NCBI RefSeq assembly: GCF_051653945.1
Contig: NZ_JBOFXD010000050.1
Location: forward strand, 4,475-68,474
DNA length: 64,000 bases
DNA from: Cetobacterium sp.
GTDB lineage: Bacteria; Fusobacteriota; Fusobacteriia; Fusobacteriales; Fusobacteriaceae
Direction of reading: 5' to 3'
Part shown: positions 30,657 to 41,384 of the stretch, one piece after another
How positions within the stretch are numbered: the first letter of the stretch is position 1
Layout of the letters: the number at the start of each line of letters is the position of its first letter
Notes under the pieces: model-generated
Told to the model about the DNA's origin: nothing
Databases searched by the model: none
Seen by the model: the letters and a program-made list of their open reading frames with translations, nothing else
Made by a program: the position numbers and the translations under genes

Positions 30657-31282
30657 TACTCATCCCCTCCCACAGCATCTGTTTTTACAACTGTTTCTCT
30701 TTTAAATGAAGGCAACTTTTGTAAAACTTTACATGATACAACTGCAACTATTGTTGAAATTGCTGTTGCTATTATTGTTGGAGCAATTATTTCTGTCACG
30801 TTTGCTGAGTTTGCTGCTGCTCTATAAGCTATTACACTTGATGATATTAAAGTAACAGAAGATGTATTTATAGCTAAAAACAATACCATTGCATTTGAAG
30901 CTTCCTCTTTGTTATCATTTAGCTCTTGTAACTCCTGCATAGCTTTAATTCCTAATGGAGTAGCTGCATTTCCTAATCCAAAGAAATTTGCTGCTACGTT
31001 AGCTACAATACTTCCAACTGCTGGATGATCCTCTGGAATCTCTGGAAATAATCTTTTCATTACGGGTCTTAAGCCTCTTCCCAAAGCCTTAACTAATCCC
31101 GCTTCTTCAGCAACTTTCATCAATCCTAACCAAAAGGCCATAATTCCAATAAGCCCTATTGCTATCTCCACCGCTGTTTTCGACGATGATATAACAGAAT
31201 CTGTTACCGCTTGTACATTTCCTGTAAACATTGAAACAACAATTCCAATTAATATAAGTCCTAACCATATTGCGTTTATCAT
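30656..31282 (-). CDS. spmA: SpmA/YjiH family Gate-domain membrane protein
   Basis: ANFFGLGNAATPLGIKAM and FLAINTSSV motifs. Confidence 0.88.
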   Translation of the reverse strand: MINAIWLGLILIGIVVSMFTGNVQAVTDSVISSSKTAVEIAIGLIGIMAFWLGLMKVAEEAGLVKALGRGLRPVMKRLFPEIPEDHPAVGSIVANVAANFFGLGNAATPLGIKAMQELQELNDNKEEASNAMVLFLAINTSSVTLISSSVIAYRAAANSANVTEIIAPTIIATAISTIVAVVSCKVLQKLPSFKRETVVKTDAVGGDE

Positions 31283-31297
31283 GCTTGTTCCCTCCCT

Positions 31298-32839
31298 TTA
31301 TTCTCTTTCTGTAATTTTATTTGATAAATAAAATAATATAACCACTATTATTATATTTACAGATGATAGTGCCGCCCCTTCTAAAAGCTTTTTATCTGAA
31401 AAAAGTGAATAGTTAACTAAAGCTATAGTTGGAAAATCTCTTCCAAGCTGCATTGAGTATGAGATTGTAAACTCTCCCAAAATTATTGCAAATATCTGTA
31501 AATAAGTACCTAAAAATACATTTTTTAAAATAGGACACTCTATTAATAAAAATGTTTTAAAAGGTGAAAGTGCATCAATTTTTGCTAAATCCAATATATC
31601 CTTTGGAAACTCTCTCACATATTGATACATAAAAGAGTAAGCTATTGGAACTGTCACTAAAAAATAACCAATAACTAAAAGTATCCAGAGTTTTATATCA
31701 TAAAGTATATTTATATAGATTAAAGCAATCCCTAGAAATGCACTTGAAAATCCCATTGTAGAAAAAACAATAGCACTTGTTACTTTGGTAAAATTTTTAA
31801 GTAATAGGTACGTAAAAACAATTACAAATACTGGTGTTATTGATGCTAAAAGTAGAGAGTTTCTAATTCCTTGTAAAACTGGATAGTATGCGTTAAAATC
31901 ACTAGAAAAAAGTTTATAAAATCCTTCTAAAGAAAAACTACCAGTATAATAGTTATAAAAACCATAGAATACTCCTATAAGAACAACTGAACACTCTAGC
32001 AATAGATATATTGTTGTCCAAATCGTTGTCAGTATGGAAACTTTTCTTTCTCTGAAATCATCTTGTAACTCATAAGGTGGGTACAAATCACCTAAGAGAT
32101 TTAGAACTATTAAAAAGAAAAATTGTACAACTCCTAACACAAGAGCTTTTGAAAAATTTGCATCTCTTAAAAGAGTATTTGCAATTTCAACCTCTAGGTT
32201 AGAGTAGCGAATTCCTCCCAATGCTAAGACAATTCCAAAGGAAGCAAAGGTATATATAAAAACTAAAAACATTCCTCTAAAAACTTGAGGAAATATTAAC
32301 GGAAGTTTAATTTTAAAAAATATATTAATCTCATTTAAGCCATCTATTTTAGCTGCTTCAACTATATTTTTAGGTATATTTCGCATTCCCTCACTTAGAT
32401 ACTTTATCATAATGGGACTATTATAAAATACATTTGCAAGTATTATAGCTTTTAGTGTATACAAAACACTAAAGTTTTTAAGAATCGGGAGATTAAATAT
32501 AAGTGTAAAAGCCACTACTGTTGATATGGTTGGAAAGAAAAATGGAATAAATATAAGCCCCTCTAATATTTTAGTCAGTGGATTCTTTTTATAGCTCATA
32601 TAATAAGCTGGGATAATGGCAATTACTGTTGAAAATATAACTGACAATATCCCTTGAGTTAAAGATATTTTAAAAAGTTGAAAGTTTTCATAAAAACTCA
32701 AACTTCTAATCTCTTCAAAATGAAAGAAATCCTTTATAAAAAATATTAGAGGGATTCCCCATAGAATAAGATATATATAGCTATAGGTTTTATTTTTCCT
32801 CATTATTTTTTCAATACCTCTATTAGTTGTTTTTTCCAA
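31298..32839 (-). CDS. ABC transporter permease, ThiP/FbpB-like (two TM repeats)
   Basis: Two EAA-type loops (EAAKIDG, DLAKIDA); follows the binding-protein gene; exact start uncertain. Confidence 0.82.
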   Translation of the reverse strand: MEKTTNRGIEKIMRKNKTYSYIYLILWGIPLIFFIKDFFHFEEIRSLSFYENFQLFKISLTQGILSVIFSTVIAIIPAYYMSYKKNPLTKILEGLIFIPFFFPTISTVVAFTLIFNLPILKNFSVLYTLKAIILANVFYNSPIMIKYLSEGMRNIPKNIVEAAKIDGLNEINIFFKIKLPLIFPQVFRGMFLVFIYTFASFGIVLALGGIRYSNLEVEIANTLLRDANFSKALVLGVVQFFFLIVLNLLGDLYPPYELQDDFRERKVSILTTIWTTIYLLLECSVVLIGVFYGFYNYYTGSFSLEGFYKLFSSDFNAYYPVLQGIRNSLLLASITPVFVIVFTYLLLKNFTKVTSAIVFSTMGFSSAFLGIALIYINILYDIKLWILLVIGYFLVTVPIAYSFMYQYVREFPKDILDLAKIDALSPFKTFLLIECPILKNVFLGTYLQIFAIILGEFTISYSMQLGRDFPTIALVNYSLFSDKKLLEGAALSSVNIIIVVILFYLSNKITERE

Positions 32840-33765
32840 TTTTCCATATTTTTATTCACATATTCCGCATCTAATTTAACTATTTTATCTGTTGTAGGTA
32901 CATATTTATAGTCATCTGGTAACTTATAGTTTATAACAGGGAACATATAATTTTTTTCAAGAGCAAGTTTTTGGAACTCAGGTTCTAACACAAAGTTTAA
33001 AAACTCCTCAGCTGATTTTTTTATATTTTTCTTATTAACTAAAGCAGCACCCTCTAAATATATATATCCTCCCTCTTCAGGTATATAACTTTTATATTTA
33101 TTTTCATTTCCATCTTGATAGAAGTAGATTGAGCTCGAAGCATATCCACTCATAATAGCTCCCTCTCCTACAGAGAATTTAGCAAAAGAATCCGACCATC
33201 CTGAAGAAACTGTTAATACACTTGGTTTTAAACTCTCCCAAAACTTTAACCAATTTTCTCCGTAAACCCCAATAGTCCAAAGCATAAACGCTTCTCCTGT
33301 AAAACTTCTTGGGTCTTGAACCAATAGCTCCTTTGGATATTTTTTTAAATCTTCAAAAGTTTTTAAATCTGAACCTATTTTTTCATAGTTATAATTTAGT
33401 GCGAGCATTCCATAATCAATAGGTGTAACTGACCACTCCTTATCAATTACAAACTCCTCTCTTGCAATATTTCCAGCAGTAGTTGGTTTATATTTTTTTA
33501 TAAGATTATCTTTCTTAGCTTCTAAATAGTTTATATCTGTTAGACCTACAATTATATCAGCCTTTGGATTTTTCTTTTCTAATTTCATTCTAGGTATAAC
33601 TCCATCAATTGGAACATACTTAATCGTTGCCCCTGTTTTCTCCTTAAAAATTACCCCAGCTGAACTTTCAATCCATTTCATTGACTCTGGTCCATAAACT
33701 ACAATCTCTTCTCCAAACGATACTAAACTCATTAAAAATAATCCTGTTAAAACTGTTTTTTTCAT
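32803..33765 (-). CDS. Thiamine/iron-type ABC substrate-binding protein (ThiB-like)
   Basis: Signal peptide; PIDYG, QDPRS, GWSDSFAKF and SYASS-like motifs. Confidence 0.8.
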   Translation of the reverse strand: MKKTVLTGLFLMSLVSFGEEIVVYGPESMKWIESSAGVIFKEKTGATIKYVPIDGVIPRMKLEKKNPKADIIVGLTDINYLEAKKDNLIKKYKPTTAGNIAREEFVIDKEWSVTPIDYGMLALNYNYEKIGSDLKTFEDLKKYPKELLVQDPRSFTGEAFMLWTIGVYGENWLKFWESLKPSVLTVSSGWSDSFAKFSVGEGAIMSGYASSSIYFYQDGNENKYKSYIPEEGGYIYLEGAALVNKKNIKKSAEEFLNFVLEPEFQKLALEKNYMFPVINYKLPDDYKYVPTTDKIVKLDAEYVNKNMENWKKQLIEVLKK

Positions 33766-33791
33766 TTCATCCCCTTTAATTATTTTAATTT

Positions 33792-36700
33792 TTACAGTTT
33801 AATTTCTAAAAACTCACCAGACACTTTATAGTTGTCTATCTCTCCTAAACTATATAGATGATTTTCTACAATTTCAATATACTCATCTAACTGGGCTTGA
33901 TTTATTCCTCCAGTTTTATAATCTATTACAAGAATATTTCCGTCACTTGTTGGTGTAGGTTTTTTTATCATAATTCTATCTATTCTTTTTAACTTTCCCT
34001 CATCATATATCTCATACTCTGGGTATATATAGTCCCACTCCTCTGAGAAAATAATTGGGTTGTCATTAAAGAACTTTTTAAACTCTGGTCCTTCAAGAAT
34101 ATTTTTTAGCCTTTCCTCTCCTATTATAGATGCATATTTTGAGTAAGTTCTATTTTTTGCCTCTATATGTTCATCTAAACTATTATTTATTATAAACTCT
34201 AAATAGTAGTGAATGGCATTACCCACTCTTCTTTTTTCCTCTGTCACTATATCAACTAAAAGCATTCTATTTGGCTGTTCACACTCTTCTATACTCTTTT
34301 CAATAAAATCTATAGAATCTAATAGCTCTATATTCTTTACTCTATGTACACTTTCATTTTTTTCAGTCCTACTAATTTTACCACACTTTACGTTAAATAG
34401 TCCATCTATTGAGTTCTTTAAATATTTATTTTCGCTTCCTCCCATAACTAAAAATAAATTTTTCTTAGCTCTTGTAAGAGCAACATAGATATTATTTATC
34501 TCCTCTTGGTCTTTTTTTATCTCTAACTCCTTTAAAAAGTTATAACTATCTCCTAGATAACCTAAGATTTTTTCATATTTTTTATCTACAAATATAAAAT
34601 TCTCTATTTCGTTAAAAGGCGATTTAAAATCTATATGGAACTGTATCCCACTCTCTAAACCTCTTTTTTGTCCCTGATGGAAATAGTAAACTGTTTCAAA
34701 CTCTAACCCTTTAGATTTATGGATACTTAAAAGAGTTATAGCCTTTTCCTCCTCTAAAGATACCTGCTTAAATTTAGGATTATCTTTTTCATTTATGAGT
34801 GAGTTATAAAAATCAAATATATTTCCATGCTCTTTAGACATCTCTAAAAATTGGAATATATTTTTTAAATCTGATTTTCCAGAGAATATTTGAGAGATAT
34901 TAAATGCCTCTATTACATCTAAAACAAAGTTTTTATTCTCCAATCCCTTTTTAGCTATTTTCTCTATTCTATTTAAAACATCTAAAAGACTGCTTGGAGC
35001 ATCTTCTGGCATCTCTTCTAATTTTTCTATAATCTCTTTATTTTTTAAGACAATTTTCAATTCAGCATTCCCTATTTTTATAACATCACTTCTTAAAAAT
35101 TCAAGGAGTGAAAATACATCTCTATTCACAACAAATTTTAAGATTTTAAAAATCGGATTAACTGCTCTGTGATATATAATAGAGTCATTGGAATCTATTA
35201 CAAAAGGTATTTTTCTATCACTTAAAGCAATAGCTATCTCATTTAGCTGTTTATTACTTCTTGCAATTATACCTATCCCACCATAGTTCCCATCAAAATT
35301 AGTTTCAATAGAATCCACCATAGTTTCTACCATATTTTCCTCTTCTAAAACTTCATCCTCATCCTCTAAAGGTTCTTTTTTTGTTAAAACTTCAAAGTAT
35401 CCAAGTTCATCACTTTTTCCATCCACTGGAGTAAACTCCCACTTATAACTGTGATCCTCTAAAGCTGCAACCTCTTCATATGTTTCAGCTACTCCATTAA
35501 ATACACCATTTGTAAAATCCACTATATTTTTACAACTTCTATAGGAAACACTCATAGTTTCCTCTTCTACTCCTATTATGCTTGGAAGGTTTTCAAAAAG
35601 AGCTTTCTCTCCCCCTCTCCAACCATATATACTTTGCTTTTCATCTCCAACACATATTAGATTTTCACAACTATTTATAAGTCCTTTTAAAATTCTCCAC
35701 TGAAGAACACTTGTATCTTGGAACTCATCTATAAACACTGTTTTAAATTCACTATCAAATATATCTTTAAAGTAATCTGTTATATATCCATCCTTTATAA
35801 GATTTATCTCTTCTCTATCTATATATTGGAACATATAACTACTTATATCTAAATGGGTAAATCGTTTTTCATTAAATTTTATATTATCATATATCAAGTA
35901 TAAATTTTCAATAAAGTATAGTATCTCCCTTTCAAAAGATAGAACCTCTCTGTTGAAAACCTCTTTAGATATCTCCTCTTTCAGTTGATCGAAGGCTCTT
36001 TGTAAAATCTCTATCTCACAATCTAAGTCAATCTTACTTGTTGTTTTTACTCTCCGCCCATCCCAACACTTATCACTTTTAATAATTTCATTCCAATTTT
36101 CAACTGCATGTTCTCTATGAACTGAACTATCTTTTTCTAAAACCCATTTTATGATTTTACTCATGTAGTCAGATAGATCTTTGCCATCTTTCTTTTTCTC
36201 TTTTACAGCTAAAAAAGCATCAGTTAAGTGTTTAATCAACTTCTCTATAGATATATCTGAGTCACACTCATCCTTATTTTTTAACTTTTGAGACTGTTCA
36301 ATTAAAATTAGTTTCCATCTATTATCAATTAGATTTTTTAGTATATCCAAATACTTTTCTATACTACGCTCTGTTCTGTTTTGTAGAAAAATTTTAAATC
36401 TATCAAACTCATTTTTATCCTCTACAATTTTTTCAAAACATTTTAATAGAATCTCAATATTCTCAGTATCATCTATAATCTCATATGAAAATATATTTAG
36501 ATATGGAGCTATCACATTTTTAAATATATTATTTATAAAACCATCAATTGTTGAAATTTTTAATCTATCTTTATTATCTAAAACCTCATAATAAACTTTT
36601 CTAACGTTTTCAAAAGAAAGGTCTATCTCTGGGTATAAGTTTTTTAAATTTTCATATAGTGATGACTCTTTATCTCTATACATCTCCTCTAAAAATAGGA

Positions 36701-36857
36701 TAACCCTCTCTTGAATTTCAGATGTAGCTTTTTTCGTAAAAGTCATTACTAAAACATTCTTATAATTTTCACCTTTTAAAAGAGTAGCTAAATACTCTAA
36801 AGATAGTCTATATGTTTTTCCTGTTCCAGCACTAGCTTTTAAAACTATCCCTTTCAT
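33792..36857 (-). CDS. addA: AddA-like UvrD helicase-nuclease
   Basis: ASAGTGKT, FIDEFQDT, GDEKQSIYGWRG, SIHKSKGLEF, YVALTRAK; C-terminal RIDR/DYKTG nuclease. Confidence 0.9.
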   Translation of the reverse strand: MKGIVLKASAGTGKTYRLSLEYLATLLKGENYKNVLVMTFTKKATSEIQERVILFLEEMYRDKESSLYENLKNLYPEIDLSFENVRKVYYEVLDNKDRLKISTIDGFINNIFKNVIAPYLNIFSYEIIDDTENIEILLKCFEKIVEDKNEFDRFKIFLQNRTERSIEKYLDILKNLIDNRWKLILIEQSQKLKNKDECDSDISIEKLIKHLTDAFLAVKEKKKDGKDLSDYMSKIIKWVLEKDSSVHREHAVENWNEIIKSDKCWDGRRVKTTSKIDLDCEIEILQRAFDQLKEEISKEVFNREVLSFEREILYFIENLYLIYDNIKFNEKRFTHLDISSYMFQYIDREEINLIKDGYITDYFKDIFDSEFKTVFIDEFQDTSVLQWRILKGLINSCENLICVGDEKQSIYGWRGGEKALFENLPSIIGVEEETMSVSYRSCKNIVDFTNGVFNGVAETYEEVAALEDHSYKWEFTPVDGKSDELGYFEVLTKKEPLEDEDEVLEEENMVETMVDSIETNFDGNYGGIGIIARSNKQLNEIAIALSDRKIPFVIDSNDSIIYHRAVNPIFKILKFVVNRDVFSLLEFLRSDVIKIGNAELKIVLKNKEIIEKLEEMPEDAPSSLLDVLNRIEKIAKKGLENKNFVLDVIEAFNISQIFSGKSDLKNIFQFLEMSKEHGNIFDFYNSLINEKDNPKFKQVSLEEEKAITLLSIHKSKGLEFETVYYFHQGQKRGLESGIQFHIDFKSPFNEIENFIFVDKKYEKILGYLGDSYNFLKELEIKKDQEEINNIYVALTRAKKNLFLVMGGSENKYLKNSIDGLFNVKCGKISRTEKNESVHRVKNIELLDSIDFIEKSIEECEQPNRMLLVDIVTEEKRRVGNAIHYYLEFIINNSLDEHIEAKNRTYSKYASIIGEERLKNILEGPEFKKFFNDNPIIFSEEWDYIYPEYEIYDEGKLKRIDRIMIKKPTPTSDGNILVIDYKTGGINQAQLDEYIEIVENHLYSLGEIDNYKVSGEFLEIKL

Positions 36858-39386
36858 TTAAAACTCCCTCCTACAGATATTTCCATACTCACAGTATAAA
36901 CATCCACTTTTCTTCTCACTTAAAAAGTAGTTCTCACCTTTAAAAAACTCTATCAATCGCTCTTTTAAAAGCTCTCTTGTGAGTTTAGGTTTTTCTTGAT
37001 TCTCTATACTTCCTTCAAAAGCGTTATATATAGATTTTTGAGCAGCATTTTCATCTCCATATAGCATAATTGTATAAAAATCCAATTGGTTATCTATTTT
37101 ACTTCCTGTTTTAAAATCTATAATATGGTTGTTTGTTGTTGTTTCAATTACAAGGTCAACTCTACCATTTAAAGTAACCTCTACATCCCCTTTTAAAAAC
37201 GGCTCTTTTCTACTGTTTTTCTCACTCTCTATACGTTTAACTTTCTTTTCTATGTACAGATTTTCTATCTCTTTATAGAACTTCACTATATTTTTTGTAA
37301 AACGTGGAATTAATATCTGAGTAAAATAGTTATCTAGATATACTGGAACTCTTTTTCTATTGGCATAAAAACTCTTATATAGTAGTTCCTCTACCTCTTC
37401 ATTTGTCACTGAATAGTCTGAAACATTCAGAATCTTTTTCCACATCTTATCCGTTAATTTTTCAAAAACCTCGTGTACATACGTTCCTATAAATTTAACT
37501 GACAAACCTAAAGAGTCCTCTTTTTCAAAAGAGCTTAGTCCACAAATTTTATCTAAATAAAATCTATATTCACACCTAGTCAAAGTGTCATAATCATATG
37601 GACCTATACTTAGCTCTCTATTTTTAAAGTCATCTCTATTTTTCAACAATTCTTTTTGAATAAACTCTCCAATATCATTTGATTTAAATGTCATTAATCT
37701 CTCTAGTATGTCCTCACTATAAATAGTTTTTTCAAGTTTACCTATACCATATCTATTTAAGACTTCAGAAAGTATAGGAGATACTCCCTCTCCACTATTT
37801 TCATTTTTTATATAGATAACTGTATTATATCTATTTTTTAAAAATCCTTGATAAAATCTATACTTTTCCTCTTTTCTTTCCTTTTCATAGTAAGTAAATC
37901 CATTCTCTTTTTTCTGTTTCTCTGTTAAATAAAGAGAATCTCTTTTTACTCTAGGAAGGTATCTTGTACTTATATTTATAAAAATTGACTCTCTTGATGG
38001 AGTAACCTTACAATTTTCCATTGGTTTTATTAGATATTTCCCCTCACTGTCATCATTTCTTATAATCTCAACATCATTGAAGTATTGAAGTAAGAATTTT
38101 AAAATATCTCCACCATTTCTAAAGCAACTTTTAATCTCTCTTTCCTCAAGCATTATCTCAGTTGTTTTAGCATATCCCATATACTCTTGAAGTTTATCAT
38201 AAAAATCTACATATATTTTCTCTCTAAACATATCTAGTGATAAAAGTTCATTGAAGTATGTAATAAATTTATCTATACTTTCAATTTTTGATACTTTTAC
38301 AATATCTTCATAGATTTCAGAGATTTTTTCATTACTCTCTGTTCCTATATACTTATAATCCCAATCTATTTGATTATAGATGTACTCCATATCCTCTTTT
38401 GTTATTCCATAGTATTCTTGCATCTCTAAATTTTTAATTCCCTCTAAAAATTTTTTAATAGGAATTAGGTTATCCATTCTAGGTTCCATTGCTCCTATAA
38501 GTTCACTTTGAGCATTTAAAAATTTAAAAAACTTAGTGTCATTTAAAGTATAGAAGCTACCTCTCATAAAGTTATTCGGAAATATTTTGGAATACTCATT
38601 TGTATCAGCTTCTGGAGAAAAAATATTAGTCATATGATTTTTCATTTTCATAATATCTAATAGATTCCCTATAAGTTCTAATTCATCTTGAACCTCTAAT
38701 AGTGATATCTCTACTTTTTGTGTTCTAGGTAGGTGTACCTCTTTTAACTCAAGATTTTCCTCATCAAAAACTCCAGGTTCCCCTTGAACTCTAATTACAA
38801 CCTCTATAAACTCCTCTAGCTTAGATATTACATATTTATCTAAAGGTGAAAAATTCACTATATCTACAAACACTATTTTTTTATATTTTTTAAAGATTGT
38901 TAAATCTAGATATTTTATATCCTCAACCCAGTCTTTTGGTATATAGTTTCTTTCAGTCAAATATACCTCATACTTTTCCTTAAATCTATGAAATATTTCA
39001 AAATATTTTTTTTGCCACTCCTCTAGCTCTATATCCTTTTCACACAAACTTCTGTTTAATTCAGTATAGTATTTAAAAAACTTATCTGAAAACTCAATGG
39101 ATTCAAAATAGTTATTTATATTTATCTCTGCAAACTCTTTTTTCATATAGTTATATAAACTCACAAATCTTTTTGCTTCACTTAAAATTATCTTATCTGT
39201 ACTAAACGCTACCCCTTTAAACTCATCTATTGTTAAATAAAGTGGATCTGGTTCAAAGATATTTCTTTTACTCTCTTTTCTCTGACTATTTTTTAAAGGA
39301 TAGTCAGAAAACACATATACAACAGAGGGATCTTTTTTCAATCCCTGAATTAAAGACCCCCCGTAACTTATATACTCAAACTTCAT
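36858..39386 (-). CDS. addB: AddB-like PD-(D/E)XK nuclease partner
   Basis: C-terminal CEYRFY, GRVDL, IDFKTG and CLYCEYGNIC Fe-S motif; abuts addA. Confidence 0.85.
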   Translation of the reverse strand: MKFEYISYGGSLIQGLKKDPSVVYVFSDYPLKNSQRKESKRNIFEPDPLYLTIDEFKGVAFSTDKIILSEAKRFVSLYNYMKKEFAEININNYFESIEFSDKFFKYYTELNRSLCEKDIELEEWQKKYFEIFHRFKEKYEVYLTERNYIPKDWVEDIKYLDLTIFKKYKKIVFVDIVNFSPLDKYVISKLEEFIEVVIRVQGEPGVFDEENLELKEVHLPRTQKVEISLLEVQDELELIGNLLDIMKMKNHMTNIFSPEADTNEYSKIFPNNFMRGSFYTLNDTKFFKFLNAQSELIGAMEPRMDNLIPIKKFLEGIKNLEMQEYYGITKEDMEYIYNQIDWDYKYIGTESNEKISEIYEDIVKVSKIESIDKFITYFNELLSLDMFREKIYVDFYDKLQEYMGYAKTTEIMLEEREIKSCFRNGGDILKFLLQYFNDVEIIRNDDSEGKYLIKPMENCKVTPSRESIFINISTRYLPRVKRDSLYLTEKQKKENGFTYYEKERKEEKYRFYQGFLKNRYNTVIYIKNENSGEGVSPILSEVLNRYGIGKLEKTIYSEDILERLMTFKSNDIGEFIQKELLKNRDDFKNRELSIGPYDYDTLTRCEYRFYLDKICGLSSFEKEDSLGLSVKFIGTYVHEVFEKLTDKMWKKILNVSDYSVTNEEVEELLYKSFYANRKRVPVYLDNYFTQILIPRFTKNIVKFYKEIENLYIEKKVKRIESEKNSRKEPFLKGDVEVTLNGRVDLVIETTTNNHIIDFKTGSKIDNQLDFYTIMLYGDENAAQKSIYNAFEGSIENQEKPKLTRELLKERLIEFFKGENYFLSEKKSGCLYCEYGNICRREF

Positions 39387-39395
39387 TGTTCCCTC

Positions 39396-39899
39396 CTATT
39401 TTTTAATAGGTGTTGCACACTCTACAGCTGCACCCTTTAGTATCTCAACTCCATGAACTAATGCATCTATTACAAAGTTTAGATTCTCTGTTGCTCCTTT
39501 TGGACTTCCTGGAAGATTTAAAATTATGCTACCTTTTCTTATTCCACATCTTGCTCTACTTAACATGGCTTTTGGTGTTATCTCAAATGATTTAGCTCTC
39601 ATATACTCAGCTACTCCTGGAGCTTCTCTTTCAATCACTGCAAGTGTCGCCTCAGGTGTGACATCTCTTTTTGAAAACCCTGTTCCGCCATTTGTTACAA
39701 TCAAATCAGCTACATCTTCATCAGCTAATTTTATTAACTCTTCACAAATCTCTTCATAAGTATCTGGAAGCATATTATAATAAACAGTTTCATAGCTTAG
39801 ATGTTTTTCAAAAATCTCTTTTAATCTTTGTCCTGTTACGTCTACTCTCTCTCCTCTTGAACCCTTATCACTTAATGTTACTATAGCTACTCTTATCAT
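39396..39899 (-). CDS. mog: Molybdopterin adenylyltransferase MogA/MoaB family
   Basis: TLSDKG, TNGGTGFSKRDVTPEA and LPGSPKG motifs. Confidence 0.88.
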   Translation of the reverse strand: MIRVAIVTLSDKGSRGERVDVTGQRLKEIFEKHLSYETVYYNMLPDTYEEICEELIKLADEDVADLIVTNGGTGFSKRDVTPEATLAVIEREAPGVAEYMRAKSFEITPKAMLSRARCGIRKGSIILNLPGSPKGATENLNFVIDALVHGVEILKGAAVECATPIKK

Positions 39900-39909
39900 A
39901 ACTTCCTCC

Positions 39910-41331
39910 TTATAGTATTGGTGCCAACAATTTAGAAATCGATTCTAACACCCTATCTTTTTTTCCTCTATTTTTATACTCTTCCAATGTCACTCTTTTA
40001 GAATCTAAAATATCTTTATCTATTCTTTTTTCTAATTCAGTGATGTTATTTCCCAAAATCAGAAGACTTATTTCAAAATTTTGGTACATACTTCTGTAAT
40101 CAAAGTTTGCAGTTCCTAAAAACGCAATCTCTCCATCTATAACAACTAATTTACTATGGATAAATCCATATTTATATTTATATACCTCAGCTCCTAATTC
40201 AATTAGCTCCCCATAAAAGTATTGATTAGCCCAGTAAACAAAAGCATGATCTCCAACACTTGGTATCACTATTTTAATTTTTACTCCTGAAACTAAAGCG
40301 GCCTTTAAAGCATCTAAAATAGGCTCATCTGGAATAAAATATGGTGTTTCTATATGTATACTTTTTTCCGCTTTTATTATCAAACTTAAAAATGTATCCT
40401 TTATAGTATGAAACTCATAATTGGGTCCTGAACTTACAACTTGAATTGGAGTTAAGCTATGATCATCTTTATCTATAGCAATATTTTGAAATATATCTGT
40501 TGTATCCTTTTTTAAGAATTTCCAACTTCTTTCAAACTCATGCAAATAATCTATTATAGCTTCTCCTTTTAAAGAGAATCCTATATCTTGCCAACTCCCC
40601 AAACGACCCTTACCAATATAGTCTTTCCCTATATTTAATCCACCTGAAAAACATATTTTGTTATCTATAAGAGCTATTTTTCTATGATCTCTATAGTTAG
40701 CTCTTAAATTTCCAACTTTTATAAATGGAAAGTACGATGGAAAAAATACTTCAAACATGATTCCTGCCTTTTTTAACTTTTCAATTCTTTTTCTAGAAAC
40801 CCCTCTTGTTCCAGCTCCATCTACTATTATTTTTATCTCCACTCCCTCTTTAACCTTTTCTAAAAGTAAATCGTAAATTGGAGACCCTACCTCATCATCA
40901 TCAAATATATAATACTCCATATATATAGATTTTTTTGCATTTTTTATAGATAGTGTTAGATTTTCAAAGTAATAGTTAGCTTCTGGATAAAATGTAAAAC
41001 TGTTATTATGAGTCATTTTTCCTAAAAGAACACCATCTAAATATCTACTTAATCCTATCCATTTTTTAATACTAACCATAGATTTTTTATTTAAATTTTT
41101 TAAATAGCCATGACTATTTTTTAAATAATATTTTTCTAAAGCTCTACGTTTTTTAAAGCTAATACCAAAAAATAGATACATTACAAATCCAAAATAAGAT
41201 GTCAATAACAATATTGTTATCCAAAATAGTGTGAATACAGGCCTTCTTCTTTCAAAGAATATAATGATACATGCAAATATAATATTAACAAACACTAAGT
41301 AGTCCTTTAATGCTATAAATATCTCTTTCAT
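39910..41331 (-). CDS. cls: Cardiolipin synthase
   Basis: Two N-terminal TMs; two HKD motifs (HRKIALID, HSKLVVID). Confidence 0.93.
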   Translation of the reverse strand: MKEIFIALKDYLVFVNIIFACIIIFFERRRPVFTLFWITILLLTSYFGFVMYLFFGISFKKRRALEKYYLKNSHGYLKNLNKKSMVSIKKWIGLSRYLDGVLLGKMTHNNSFTFYPEANYYFENLTLSIKNAKKSIYMEYYIFDDDEVGSPIYDLLLEKVKEGVEIKIIVDGAGTRGVSRKRIEKLKKAGIMFEVFFPSYFPFIKVGNLRANYRDHRKIALIDNKICFSGGLNIGKDYIGKGRLGSWQDIGFSLKGEAIIDYLHEFERSWKFLKKDTTDIFQNIAIDKDDHSLTPIQVVSSGPNYEFHTIKDTFLSLIIKAEKSIHIETPYFIPDEPILDALKAALVSGVKIKIVIPSVGDHAFVYWANQYFYGELIELGAEVYKYKYGFIHSKLVVIDGEIAFLGTANFDYRSMYQNFEISLLILGNNITELEKRIDKDILDSKRVTLEEYKNRGKKDRVLESISKLLAPIL

Positions 41332-41356
41332 CTAGTCACCTCTAACTTTTTTAGAA

Positions 41357-41384
41357 AAAAGGAAGAGTCGCAACTCTTCCTTTT
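41357..41384 (-). terminator. Intrinsic terminator after the RelA/SpoT-domain gene
   Basis: AAAAGGAAGAGT-cgca-ACTCTTCCTTTT. Confidence 0.7.

Noticed and set aside
30117-31282. spmAB as evidence of sporulation
   Set aside because: The family is widespread in non-sporulators, and the window encodes outer-membrane proteins with no other sporulation genes.
39396-39899. Isolated mog gene as a novel Moco-independent function
   Set aside because: Moco genes are often scattered; nothing in this window argues against a standard role.
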